Source of the DNA: Psilocybe cubensis
Lineage: Eukaryota
Length of the DNA stretch: 64,000 bases
NCBI GenBank assembly: GCA_017499595.2
Contig: CM039004.1
Span: 3,162,001 to 3,226,000, forward strand
Reading direction: 5' to 3'
A program made the translations under genes and the position numbers. The notes beneath the pieces are model-generated. The model did no database searches. It was not told the DNA's origin and saw only the letters and a list, made by a program, of their open reading frames with translations. Within the stretch, counting starts at the first letter, position 1. Every line of letters starts with the position of its first letter. Shown here in pieces: positions 35,194 through 48,920 of the stretch.

Positions 35194-38100
35194 ATAACAT
35201 GCATTTTACCTCTCTGAAAAGTATGATTTGTATACTCTGCCAAACAGTCGTTGGCATTGCCGGTGTCGAACGGTGTCACCGTGAATTATAAAATAGGGGC
35301 ATGTTTACTACTGACGCTAATTCCAAACAAACGGACCGCGTCGGATTTGACTGCGGGCCCCAAGCATGATTTTTTTTCCACCATTTTTTCGAGGTCGATT
35401 GTCGTTCAGTCTCAGCGACATCGATCTCAGTACCACTAATCATCGTTTACGATATTGCACGCCATAGTCACTCCAAAAGCTTCATCATCAACCCTTAGAA
35501 TCCTCAGAAGGGACTTTACTCGAACCGGCAAAAGATGATCGTCACTGTACAGGAAGGCTAGCACTTGTCTACCTAGACCTACCACCTTGCAACATATCAT
35601 ATCATATACACGTACACCGAGGCAACATCTTCGCAGGCCATATACTACAACAGCGACCGGGCAGTACCGTCATCTTCCGACACTTCCCCACCCAACACGA
35701 ATATGAACCAGAACCGGAATCAGAAATAAATCCCATAACATTCGCTGACCCTCGTCGGCCCGACCTGTTCTACTATTACACTCCCGTTCCAATGCCATTC
35801 TCACCCGTGCTCCCGGCCTTCGCACTGTCATATTTTGATACTCTTCCCTGCTAGTGCTGTTGGCGGGGAGGGCTCCGAAGCATTGATTGGGTGGCTTCCT
35901 GTACAGACGACTGTCGAAGGAGGAGTGAAGGGAGGGGCAATACATGGAGAAGGGCAGGGTTCAGCGTTGGATGATTTCATAGGGAACGGTAAGTCTTGTA
36001 TTCAATTTCCTCTCTGCTTGAGCGCGTAGAAAGTGCGGCGGGTGCGGTTTATGCTGCCCTGCACCCCACCCTTTCTGTTTATCTGAAAACAAGAAAATTC
36101 TTAACTGATACTCTGATATCGATACGATGAAGCAACAGACAAATTTCTCTCGTTCCTGCACATCACCATCCAAACTGTACTTGAACAGGGACAAGACGAT
36201 ATTCGGAGAGATGCCGCTATTGCCCATGGGAATGGCTGGATGCATATTGGCGGTAGGTCTCTTTGCTTCCATTCCTTAAACCTATTTCAGTTCTTCGAAC
36301 CGAGACCCCACTTAAATACGGGTCAAAACTCATGTTTATTTCGCCTATGTATGTGCGGTGAATAGATCAGCGGAATATTCAAGTACTGGGACGCGTCGGT
36401 GATCCAGACGAAATCTTAGTGTCTGTGCTCGTGCAGGATGGAAAGGTGAATGATTCAATGATAATCTCTCTTCACGTCGCTCCCTTTAAAGCCACTTCCA
36501 ATCATCCCCATATCCATGACCGTATGCTGACCCAACAATTTTTCCCTCTCCAAACACCCAGATTGTACCAGGCACATACGATGCCATGCCTTCATATCTG
36601 ATATGCACCGTCGATGGTGTGTTGCAGTTCATTCTCGTGCTCGTTGGATGTCTTAGGGAAGTCTTGGTCCAGTCTTGGGCCGCTACTGCTGATGTAGACC
36701 AGGCGTATTCAGTGGGATGAGCACCTTAAACCTGGAGCCAAAAGCTGACGTGATTCGAAAATGTTGGTAACCGGACTTGAATGGCAAAGCGACGAGCGTG
36801 CCGCTGCAAATGGAAATGTCCACTTCACCTTCAACCGTCACCATCACCACCACCCCTCTTCAAGGTTCCAACAAGACACCACCAGTCCCCTTCAAGGCTC
36901 TAAAAACATTTACATGGACTCGAATCGTACGGTAGTATTGTTTCGACGGACAATATAAACGAGCTCTGCGCGGGTTAGTCTATATGGATGTGGGCTACAC
37001 AACAGACACCAGCGGTACGTACCTGGATGTACTACAACCAACCATCGCTAACACATCCTTCAAAACTTCAACGATACACCCGCGTGGACTCGACCCGCGA
37101 CCGTATACTGGACGATAAACGGGTCAGTGTGTATAAATGGACACTGCAGACATATCTGGTATGCACCTGCATTACATACCAAACCACTCTCCCTAATACA
37201 CTCAGAACACCGCCAATCGTCTGTTCAGCGCCGTCCGGTCATGACTGACGGAGGTGTACCTGTATTATGTTAGTGATACTGGACTCGGTCTCTCAGCATG
37301 GCAGGTATACACCTGCATTCCATACCCTCAACACCCACTCAGAACCCTACCCGTTGAGTGTCTGTCGCCGTTTTCCACCACTGCTGATGGACTGTTCAGT
37401 TAGTCCACTTCACTTACTATACTCGATAATGTGTGCTGCGCCGCAGCTTGGAAGTCGCGTCGGGAATGTCAAGGTTCGTGCAGATCAGCTGGTATAATTA
37501 ATCACTATCTAGTCACCCTACCCGTATCTGCTAATCCCACCAAGCACAGCAATTGCAGTGTCCTTCCACCCATCCCTCAACTGGTCAGACTGGGCTTGTT
37601 GGTGATGACGGTAATCAGACGGAGATCCGTGTATAGGCAGTAACGTGTTTATTGACCTACAGGTGTGGATGCAAAGTCAATCATCATGCGAGGAGACAAA
37701 GGACGTATAGGGTACGTATCTTTTCTACTGGTCATTCGGGTTAACGACGCGTCCCATGTTCAATAACACGCAGTTCGACTGTGAGTCGGGCGCGGTAGGC
37801 CACGTCGTATCCCAGTATTGTGCTGGGTGACATGTAAGAGGCTGAGACTCACCTGACCAGCATGCTAGCGTGGCGCGATCCGTCGTCAAGTGCATTCTCC
37901 GTGGGGTGCTCCTTGGACAACAGGTGTCGTGTCAGAGTCAGCAATAGCAGAAAGACGATGACAAACCGTGACTTACTAATCAGCCGCGGCGCACCACGTC
38001 CGGGTGGCACAGAGGACCGAACATTATCAAGGCGCGTCAGTACTGCCTCCGCAACGGGACATCACAGCACAGTACCGCATTGTTAGGAATCGATGATAGA

Positions 38101-38938
38101 CGATGGACGGAATGAGTAGTCAAATCGATAATGTCATCGCAGTTGGGAAGCGGATAGATTGGGAGCCGCGTGCACGACAAACAGGAAGGTAGAAAGGTAG
38201 TAAAGCGATAGCGGCAACTGGTTTATGCTGATTGTTGATGGAAGGGTATCAGCACAGCAGTGATGCTGATCCTTGTCGTCGAAAAGGTATTCCCAGTATG
38301 ACTCTCACAACATCGACAATGCTAAATGGTATAGAGTGTCCAGTTTAACGGTAAAATGATCCATAATGATGTATATCGTCGGGAGTATAATGATATGACT
38401 AACTCCTCTCGGTGCCAAGTACGTAAGGTACAGTACAATAGAATTAGACTGCAATGCGATGTGCTGGGCAAAACCTTTAGCTGTCACGGAAGCTGAGTAC
38501 CGCGCGCGGTGTGTAGACCTTCTACTAGACACGAGACAGAACTGTGACGGCGGTGTGTAGACCTCCTATGGATATCCCATCATGAAAATTTCCTTCAATG
38601 TAATGAGATTAGTCCATCATTGCAGTGAACATTGTACAGGACAGTATCGACACATTACGGAAGTTTACCAACACTTCTCGTCCGAAATGACTGGTCTTCT
38701 CGTCTACTCACTGTCACTTGTATACGCGTAATAAGCGCGCCTTTACATCCTCCGCGTACCGATAGTCTCTTGTTACATAATGGCCAATGTGCTCGGACTA
38801 TCCCTTGTCATCCAATTCAATGCTCGACGTCAACATTTCGGAACTGAAGTCAGACGGTTTCTCACGTCAGACGGTAGTTCATCTTAACTCACACGGCAAC
38901 CACGCGATCGAATGACAAGGGTCAAGGCCAAAGGTCTA

Positions 38939-39915
38939 CAGTTGAGGACAATCAAAGACATCAATTTTTTTGCACGAATTATGTAGTCTATGACACACAT
39001 GTAGGGTGCCTCGAAACTGTTTTAATAGGTAATACTACGTCTAATTAAACGATTTGCACGAGCAGATTTTTCAGATTCAACTTTTTTGGAAAAAATTTCC
39101 CAAAAAATTTGGCGGTGGTCAAAAAAATTCGCTAAATTCTCGAAAAATTCATTTTTAGATAGCTTTTGATATTCTGGGTTCGCGCCTGAAATATCAAAAA
39201 AAATTATCGAGCCGTTCCGCTTAAATAAATTCGGCAAGATGCCACCTAACGGCAGACCACCCAGGCAAATGAGGAACATTTCCGGCCAAAAACAATAACT
39301 TCCTCAATCTTCTTTTCTCTAAAGGCCATGAATGCATTTTGAGCGAAAATTCTGTTGCAAATTGAACCCTGTAGAACTGGCAAGCTATTATACTTTTTAG
39401 CTATGGCTATTCATATTCATAAACTATGTCTATAGTGCTGTGGATGACTGTGCAATACTGCTATTGTGAAGTTGAAAAGAAGACATTTCAAGAAGCAGCT
39501 AGGATATAGAATCTGAGCAAAAAAACACATCTTGAAGCACTTCCAAAGGATGTTCCACCAAAAATATTCGTTGTTTCATCAATTGCTCCTGGCGTTTTAC
39601 GGGTGCTCATCTTGATTTGACGGCGAGTACATCGGCATGGGCAGTGAGAAAGCAAAAGTAGGCCCGCCGATTTTTCAGCGAGTCATTTGTGGTAAATTTT
39701 GGAGTCGCCGAGCTGCCCGGTACCAAGTAACATGACTATATTTTGAAAAATTTTGGCCAAAAAATTTGGCGGTGGTCAAAACCTCGTGGGAATTTTACGA
39801 AAAGTGTGTTTTTAGACGCTATTTGACCGTCCGAGTTTGAATCCGTCGTTAGTTTTTGCCAGAAAATTCGCGTTCCTGAGATACAAAATTTGATGTCTTT
39901 GATTGTCCTCAACTA
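38939..39915. mobile_element. Tc1/mariner-type MITE (977 bp), TA TSD
   Basis: TA|CAGTTGAGGACAATCAAAGACATCAA ... TTGATGTCTTTGATTGTCCTCAACTA|TA (terminal G>A); internal direct repeat AAAAAATTTGGCGGTGGTCAAA at ~39102 and ~39759. Confidence 0.92.
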
Positions 39916-40339
39916 TACGTCCCAGCGGGCTCTAGATGAAGCATCATCACAGAACCATCTAATGAAACGAGTATCATCGATGACGTCATACGCCACCCAT
40001 TGACCAAATTTGATAAACCCTTCTAGAATATTACATTGATAGGCGGCGATAGTGAGACGGCAAACCCACGGACCTTTATACGTCAGCATCTGGAAAGGGA
40101 ATAGTTAAGTAATGAAGAGGCTAGTGGGAAGGGACGAAGTCATAAGGATATAGACAAAGAGGAATACCCTTTGCCCTCACAATCGGTTCTTCAAGAAGTT
40201 AACGCTATACGAGCAAGTTGCCGTCGGACCATGCAATGGATAGCTTCCGATAGGCAGATACCAGTAACGTCATCATGGTATGAATTACCAATTACCGCAA
40301 GGTTTCTGTCAGTCATATCGGTTCATGATCAGTATAGAA

Positions 40340-42250
40340 AATCACCTGAATAAGCCTTGTAATACATCAATGACTTGATAGTAGATAGTATTTACACAAA
40401 TCCTATTCTCAACTATGATTTCTATCTATTTCTGATAGGAAAAGTGGTTGTATAAACAAATATTTTAACTGTAATACAGATATACATAATGACATTTGAA
40501 TTCAAATTAAATCCACAAAATATAAATTCAATAAATTTGTCACCATGCCACTGACATATATCATTATTACTTAAACGCTAATATGAACACACCACATTTA
40601 TTTAAATAATACACTAGAACCAACACACATTCAATATGACTTTCTAAATCTTGCTGTTAAATAGCTTCTAAAGGTCGTGCATGTCTACATATTGTATCAG
40701 ACATATACAATGACATACTTTACTATTTGGTTTAATATCCAATTAAAAGGATACTAACTGCAAATAGTTGCACCAAATCCGTAAAGTACGTACAATGTAT
40801 ATTTCTGGACAATAGATATGCACAATATCAACATCATAGAAATGAATAGGATCTTAGCGTCACAATAAAACACCTATTCTTGATAACTATATAAAAAAAA
40901 ACAAGATCAGATTCTACGTAACTGATAAATATCAATTATATAGAATTATACATACAATGTGAAACAGGGTAATGATACTATAATATAGTTACTTTCTGAT
41001 GACATACAAGTGTGTTTCTAAACTAAAAATAAAATGTGTTAAACAAATTTGTTATAAAAAGAGAAAAGTAAAAACATAACTATAAACACCTTTTTATTCG
41101 ACAAGTATAATTATCATAATAGAGAGTAGAAAAAAATCAAAGGAGGCTGTGAATGTTGGTATAATGTACATTGCATACTGTCTAATATATTTGTTCAAAA
41201 GTAAAGATGACGCCATCATGAGGAATCATTCTAAAAATACAATGTGTTTCATCATATTACGCCACTATGAGCAAAAGATCCTGAGTAATTTTAATTTGAT
41301 TCTAGACTATAGAAAAAGACTCTGTGTCTAATTACGTATAAAACACAATTCAAAAAATGAAGTTATTTGCTATTAAATTAAACTATTTTATGTAAGACTA
41401 TATTAATATGCAGCCCACCAATGAGTGTATATCCGAATAGTCATTGCCGGAATCAAGAAGTTTAATAGTAATAAAGTTGAACCCTGTTTCTAATTCAATG
41501 AAATTAAATCCTATTTAAATTCGGACGTAAATAAAACGTAACAACTATAGAAGTTTCTATTCGAATTCAAAAACAACAGATCTTAGGATTATAATATTTC
41601 AGTATAAAACTGGGTTGTAACAACCTAATAGTCATTGACATTGGTCAAAGCTTTACTACAGCTTTTCTGTCTTTAAACAACATCATGGTCGAAAATACTG
41701 AAATAAACAATGCATCTCTTGGCCAAAACCAGCAACATTCAGACAATATACAATTCCATGTATGTTTAATCCATGCTCAATTCTCTACTTTAACCATTGG
41801 TTATACTCATACATTTTCTAGATTGGAACTAAAGTTTTTTTCTTTAGTCAAGGTGGGAAAGTCATATACGGAACAGTCAAGGACACGACCATTAGAGATG
41901 TATGTTGTTTGTCTAATAAAACATGACCACTGACAAATATCTTTTTTAAAGGGAACGCTCTATGTAATTATAGAACCAGACAACCTTCATCTCTGCCATA
42001 GGCGCATATGTTTACCGTGAGTGTTCATTCCAATATTTAATATTATTATATATACTTATACAACGACCGTTATAAGAGTATTTGGTGTACTTAAAGTATA
42101 ACTGGTGTAAAACTCTGTATAGCCACGTACAAAGTCTTCCTGTAGTCACCGCTTTCAGATAACGACAGAATAAATCTTGATATTAACATGTGCACAAAAA
42201 TATAACGTGACAGTACTAAATAGGAGTACGCGTCGAAAAGTCATTATACT
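40340..42250. other. Strongly AT-rich non-coding tract
   Basis: For example 13 G+C in 60 nt at 40441-40500; no credible ORF. Confidence 0.7.
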
Positions 42251-43648
42251 CATGTGATTTGTTTGGTGTGACTAAGAAAGTGTAAACGGTCCCGGTCAGC
42301 GCTTCAGCGCTTCAGCAACCAAATCCACTTCATTGCAGACGTCGATTTTACTCGTGATCTACTGTCCCACATACCCTTCCCCCGTTCGCGACAAGCAGAA
42401 GCCTACCACTATGCTCATCCAGTACAAGCGACAACTTTCCCGTAGTCTTCCTTCACATCGCCTTCGCTACGAAGTATATTTTATGCTACTTCCGCCAAAC
42501 TTCCGTGTCGACACGACATCGTGGAGCTGTTTGCTACCGTCTACTCCCCTTTCCCTGTCAACGAGTCCGCTCTCACACCCTGTTCTCGTTTACTTGACAG
42601 CAGACAATATCTGGTCACCTCTGGTTTGTTACTATCAAAATCCTCATATGTTCGATGATATTCAGTGACACTCCCCCCTCATATCGAAATTCGTACTACT
42701 GCTTGTCTACTAACCATATATTCCCATTCTCGTTCGCTCGAGTAAAGTAAAGTAGCGGCTTGTTTTTTACTGTTGACATTGTCGCTATATCAGCTACATT
42801 TTTGATATAGATAAAAATACTATCGTGAACAGAACATTATTCAGCGGATAACTCAGATTGATCTGGGACCTTTACTCTACTATACCAGCTAGGGTAATCA
42901 TGGGAGAGAGAACCCTCCCTTGGGTGAAACGGATGCAGATGCAGATGCTAGCAGGATAGTATACGCGAATACGAAAACAGAGGATAAGAAGAGCGAAAAG
43001 CGCATTTTGATACTCTTGGGGTTCTATTTCAACCGCGTCGGCGTTCCGGTGCCTCCCCGTGCAGGCGGCACCCCGCTACTTGTATGTCGTGGAGGATGGA
43101 GGTGCGACGGCGGAGTGTATGTCACGGTGGTGGCGGCTGCAGCGACACGCAGGAGCGGAATGGAGGGCGTGTGCGCCATGCGCTCCATGTAGTTGTGGGC
43201 GGAAAATAATGGCGTCAGAGGAGGGGTGGAGGGCACAACACAGAGCGCTCTGTGTGTTGTGGTAGGCAAGGTGGAGCGTGGCGGCAATGCGAAAGCCATA
43301 ACATACATGGCATTGTCGGAGGTGTATCATCAGTCATCGTTCAACCCAACATGTCCTCCCCACTGGCCATCTCACCCGCTTCCCATCGCTTCATCGCTCC
43401 TCTGCACATTTTGTACGCCTCAACTTTACTAGTCATACGTGATACCACAACCATCTCTCCTGTATGCCATCGGTTCAACCCTCATCGGCCTGAGCTTCGC
43501 ATAGCGAGGTACGCATTCTGCACCAACGGATGGCCTGAATACACACCGATGAGAGTACTCAGTGTTCCACGCTGTGCAAATCAAATTACCACCGATACTA
43601 TGGGGATGGAACTCAACGTGTTGCGGAGCTTCGTATGGTGCATACAGA

Positions 43649-44315
43649 CTGCATCCAGGTGTATTATCAACTCTCTGTACGTCTTACACGCTCCAGCTCA
43701 CCGCTCCGTACCCTGACCGTATACAAAACGTATCAGTATCACCTCAACAGCGCATAGATACAACTCAACATATTGTTGGCACAAACAATGTCGGGGCACT
43801 GTAGAAAGGTTCTATTCAGGTGCGGGATCAGTTCTCTGTTCTTTGTGTACACTCCAACACACCACTCAGTGTACAAGCAAAACCGTCATCCGTTCTATCA
43901 GATACCTGCTCGTCGTCTACGCCCCAACTCACCGCACAGTGATGCCATGTGTCTGCGGTATAAAGGGTATTAACCAGATCAACAGTGTGCGAATACGACT
44001 CACCGTCACGTCGACCCAAACACCACTGGGCATTATAAAGCCATTCTATCCAGATGCGTCGTCAACCTTTTGCTCGTCATGTGCACTGCAACTCACGTTA
44101 GCTCAATAGCGCATAGATATGACTCAAGAAATCCTCGACATAAACACTGTGTGGGCATTGTAGAAGCACTCTATCCAGGTGTATGATCGGCTCTCTGCTC
44201 GTCGTGTACACTCCAGCTCACCGCTCAGCGTGCAAACAAAAACCATGGGCATTCTGGAGGCGTTCTATTCAGGTGCGTCGTTAGCTCTCTGTTCGTTGTG
44301 TACGAGCCAACTCAC
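43649..44315 (-). repeat. Degenerate tandem array whose conserved core is a ~51-nt spliceosomal intron-like unit
   Basis: Minus-strand GTGAG/GTGTG...YAG units at 44315-44265, 44221-44171, 44096-44046 and 43862-43812 (51 nt each), 43701-43649 (53 nt), plus a shorter copy at 43932-43895. Confidence 0.75.
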
Positions 44316-46739
44316 CACTTGCTGTACAAACAACTTAGGGTATCCTCATGACACGCAGCTTCATGCGTGCCACTAACAGCGAGCTCGTGGTGACGTGCTT
44401 GGCTTGGCGGATGCGACCGTCGTGAAGGGTGGCGGAGTCGATGAGATGGTAAAGCTAGGAAATTATGGTTAAGGTTAAAAAATTGAACACAAGTAGAACG
44501 TACCATTAGGGCCTCCCTGGATGGGTCCCTTGCTTTGTCCACCGTCCCTCCGTCTTCGAGCGTACTTTTGAACGAACAGAATGCAGCTGCAGAAAGTTCT
44601 TTTGAAACACATTGAGAGCCACTGCAAGTATTACATATGCGTCGCGGAACTACATGTGACCTAGTACCCGCCCAGTGCCGGGTAAACATAAACGCGAAAA
44701 CAACCGGGCGGTAAATGCCGCGGCGCCTTCCATATTGGGCGATACTGAACACCGTTTTTTGTTCCAGCGGTAAAAACTTGGACTCAAATTGGCGGACGCA
44801 CCTTATAATAGATGAACCCTTTTTTGTAAAAAAGAAATCGTAAAGAGATTGAGATTGAAAAATTTAATGTAAAAAGCACACAACGTACTGGATGGGTCTC
44901 CCTACATAGATATCCTGTTCATTTTTCCTTACCACGCTCATCATTATCCTAGAATCCTTTGAATACTACTCTATCTGTCAGAAATCTTCCCGTCTAACTG
45001 TGTATGGCAAGGTAATAAATCCGCTTTGAAACGACTGATGGAACTGCCACACATTCGTGGGATTCACCAGATACATCCGACCCTGTTTAACGACTAGCAC
45101 TCGACGCTCCACAAACCGATCGATACACACTGACTATTTAACCAACGCGGTGTTGATGAACGATGGATACGCGGTCGGAGAAGTAACTTGCGGGTACAGT
45201 GGGAATCGCACGGACGGTAATATGCGAAAATCTGTTCAAGTCGCTTCCAGAACAAAAGCATCTTCACACGACTGACTTTAAGGGTACGACTTTGCGACTG
45301 CTCATCGCTCTTCCAAAATTATGGATACATGATGAGCAGAGAGCATCAAGTTTTAGAGGCGACACATATTTTTGCTTTCACTATGTCATAGGATGGCTGC
45401 AGAGCACAAAAGTCGTGATTTGTGACGTCCAAAATTTTAAACAGTTCATAATTTTCTTCTAAAATGAATGGAGCTAGGCATATATAAGTGCAGTGCTGAC
45501 ACACGGTATAGATGACAAGCAACTGATAAACGCTGCCAGCTCAGACGTTCACAGTGCTGATTATCATTGCTCGGCGATGAATGATACTGAATGTTCGAGA
45601 TATCTTCTTCAATGGGCACATCGGACCTTAGATTACAATGTCATAATAGAGATCGCTTGCTGAGATCTCCCATGAGTGGCATAAGAATATCACGGGTTAG
45701 CTGTCTATCTGAGTGCATCGCCTATCCGCTAACTGGCGACGACTTTGGATGGATCACGATGTCACCGGACAGATGCCTGACTATGAGTGCACAGTTACAG
45801 TGTAACCGGTAGTCTGTTGACTGTAGTATCTATATGATTGAGTAGCAAGGTAGATACATTAATTGATATTGAATGTGTTGGTAATAAAGCATTGTATATG
45901 ATATTGAGCTCTAAAATCGAGATACACAAACACACTTCAAACACCCCATCACGCCTTGACTGGTACCGTCTCTTTAGGACAGTGCGTCGTAACAATTTCC
46001 AAAAGCCCACTTTCGACTATCTCTGAAAGATATTTGTCCCGACGCAATCCAAACTCCGACGTCTCCAACGTCATGGTACCGTAGGTTCTTATCCGACAAC
46101 CCGGATCTGTACTACGCGTAGCGGGATTTCCCACCAACCACCCGGCGCCCCCCTCCCAACGATATCATACATGAAGTGACTGTTTCTGAAGAAGAAAAAT
46201 GGATATCATAGAAGATAGTGCTACGCCCCACATTCGACCTATCTTACAGTGCCACGGCATAAGAGATATAAATGGAAATCCAGTACCATACCACCGAGCA
46301 CCTGCCCAATATCCTACAAAAAAATTACAACAAAACCGGGATGTCTTGTTCCAATAAAATGACTTTACAAAGCATTATAATTACGAGGATATTGATGACT
46401 ATGGTGAAGCGATATGAAGATATACGGCATTTATATTAACATTTGCAACATTATTAACCTTGTTGACTTGTATATGGACTCAGTGGTTCATTCTAACCGG
46501 CCAAGAAGCACAGGTTATTGGTCAACCAAATTACGTACACGACGAAGACAGAAGGGGTAAATAGGGCAAAAATGATAGTATATTCGACATAACATAAGTT
46601 AATTTATGCGATTACGCATTACACTCAACATCTTATGTGTTAAGTCATATTACGTAAGAACATTTCGCATCTCGACTAACCAGTCAGAATTTAAGTATAA
46701 AAAGGTTGAGGCTGAACCTTTCATCTAATATATCACATC

Positions 46740-47489
46740 ATGAACCAACCTATCACTCAAAATCAGCTACGACTTGCGATTCAAAACGGATTTGTTACCT
46801 TACCAAACACAGTCAGACCTGAAGAATTTCTAAACGAAAGAGTGGTATTATACCGTGGGGACACTTTCGACGACAATATTTCTTACCGGGCTATCAATAT
46901 TGTTGGACAAATTGCCGATGCGACTGACATTACCACTTCGGCAACTAATGGTTCTGTTGTAGGGGACGAAGATGGTGCCGATGTAAGATATATTCAACCA
47001 ACAATCAACGGGTATATTCTGATGAATGTAGCACCTAATTATTCTAGAATGTTTTAACTGTACCGCCACTTTTTGGACGGAACTTTGGTGCGCTCAAATA
47101 AAGGGGATGCGGACATTTTTAAACAAAGCTGAAAAAATATATCCTTGGACCGGCATGGTATGTGCTCACTATCGAGGCAACCATCCATGATTCACCATCT
47201 ATAGGCTGGAGGGGTTGAATCTACTTGTATCAACTTTATGGATGTAAACGAGAGAGAAGCCAAAATATCAGTTTATTGGAAAAAAACGATGACGTCAATT
47301 CTCGACGAAGAGGGGCGAGATATACCGAAAGGAATTTGGGCAAACAGTTTGTGTCCAGGGAAATGGATTCTGATTGAAGCGGTAATCGTGTGCGCAGAGG
47401 ATTTAGTGGACGACTGGAAAATGGGGGTGTATCGGAATTATCGTGCCTGGGGCCGAAGTGCTCAAACGATAAAGATAAATAAAACGTAA
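46740..47489 (+). CDS. Intact 3-exon orphan gene (~220 aa), beta-rich, possible OB-fold-like protein
   Basis: TATAAAAA at ~46697; GT..AG introns give an open frame MNQPITQ...INIVGQI...DGAD|HLIILECF...WTGM|AGGVES...LCPGKWILIEAVIVC...YRNYRAWGRSAQTIKINKT*. The fold is inference. Confidence 0.7.
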
Positions 47490-48920
47490 AATTAAATAGT
47501 ACAGTGTAAAGCCTCTGCTTGTGTATAGTAGCCTTGTAATGTGACCGCAAATGGAAAAGTAGGACAGGTGTGGCCGAAAGTAAGGAAAACGGGAAAAGTA
47601 ATCATGTGTTGAAACTTTACCGTAGAGTGTAATGTAAGCATCAACCAGCTTCCAGCGTCTAATCATAACATTTTAAAAATGGACGAGGAAAACCAGTCCG
47701 ACCATTCAGATTCAAACTTTAAAACGAACATTATCAAAGATTTCATTGACACCCAAATCCTATTTGCCTCCCGTAGCATGTGAATGTATCAATAATGTCA
47801 ATAACACTCCAATATCTTTGTATTACCATTTTATATATATATATCACTCCACGAGAAGAGAAATTACTATATATTACCCCTGAGAAGGTATATCCGTTTT
47901 TTGTTGATTTGAGGCCTAAACCGACACTTTCCGACAGCCATATATCTCTGCACTACACAACTCACACCTACATTGATTACTTTTTATCGCCCAGGGCGCG
48001 TCCTCATTCCAATCCATGAAGTTACCGCACATGTTTGGCATTGACTCATAGACTAGACTCAATTTGACAGACGGTTACTGCCATCGCTACTTGAGTGTCA
48101 GTGTATTACCCGTTAATAAAGCACTATGTGGTAAGAAACTTAGTATATTTGGCAGCATTATGTTTCAAATGAATGTGAAAGACGGATGGACCAATATATT
48201 TCAAGTATGTTGTAACATTTGATTACCTACTTTGTGGAATTTCTATATTCTGAATATCCCGCCGTGAAAAGTCCAAAAAATGGAGACAAAAAGAGACAGG
48301 CTCATAATGCTTTATTTCTGTCAAAATTTTGAAGAGTAATGAGTTGAAACTGCTTCACAATATGTATGGATTGTCACAAACACAAATTTTGTGAAATACC
48401 GTGTGAAACGAGAGGGTTTCCGGAAATTATATGAAATTTACAATAAACGTGCTCGTCGGTCCAGAATGAACCGAGCTTCAGGTGCAAGGGTCCTGTAAAA
48501 CACAGTGGTAGAAATGAAATGGTAACGGTAATAGTGTTTACATGGTCATACGATAACCGATTACAGTTTTGAATAGATTGACATCTGACGGGTTATCCAA
48601 TCTCCCGAGTCCTTAGTACGCCACCCTGGGGCGTATATTGGTGTTTAGATGGTCATACGACATTAGGTTTTTGATTGAACGACTCAGGGCAGTTCTATAA
48701 CCATTCTGAGTAGCGTACACGTTACCGTGGAATATACACTTTTGTCGTACTCCACAACGAGCAATAGTTCATGCGGATTCGTTAGTTTATCTGCTCCAGC
48801 CTCCCACGGGAGATTTCCACCAGAATAGCATACGTAGACATGCATACCAGATAACCTGAATTTCAAAAGCAGTTACCATTCCTAGATGTCCATGATGATT
48901 AAATGTGAGCTTATTCCAAC

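Noticed and set aside
35054-35257. Poly-lysine ORF
   Set aside because: Translation of the poly(T) tract.
35670-38850. Assorted short ORFs in the middle of the cargo block
   Set aside because: The splicing I tried gave stops and no domains were recognised.
43562-44376. Plus-strand repeated peptide (GIxExFYSG...LCSxCTLQLT) as a repeat protein
   Set aside because: Copies fall in different frames with stops; the minus-strand intron-like reading explains the conservation better.
45038-46200. Possible gene upstream of the 46740 orphan
   Set aside because: Frames are broken by stops and no family was recognised; at most a decayed remnant.
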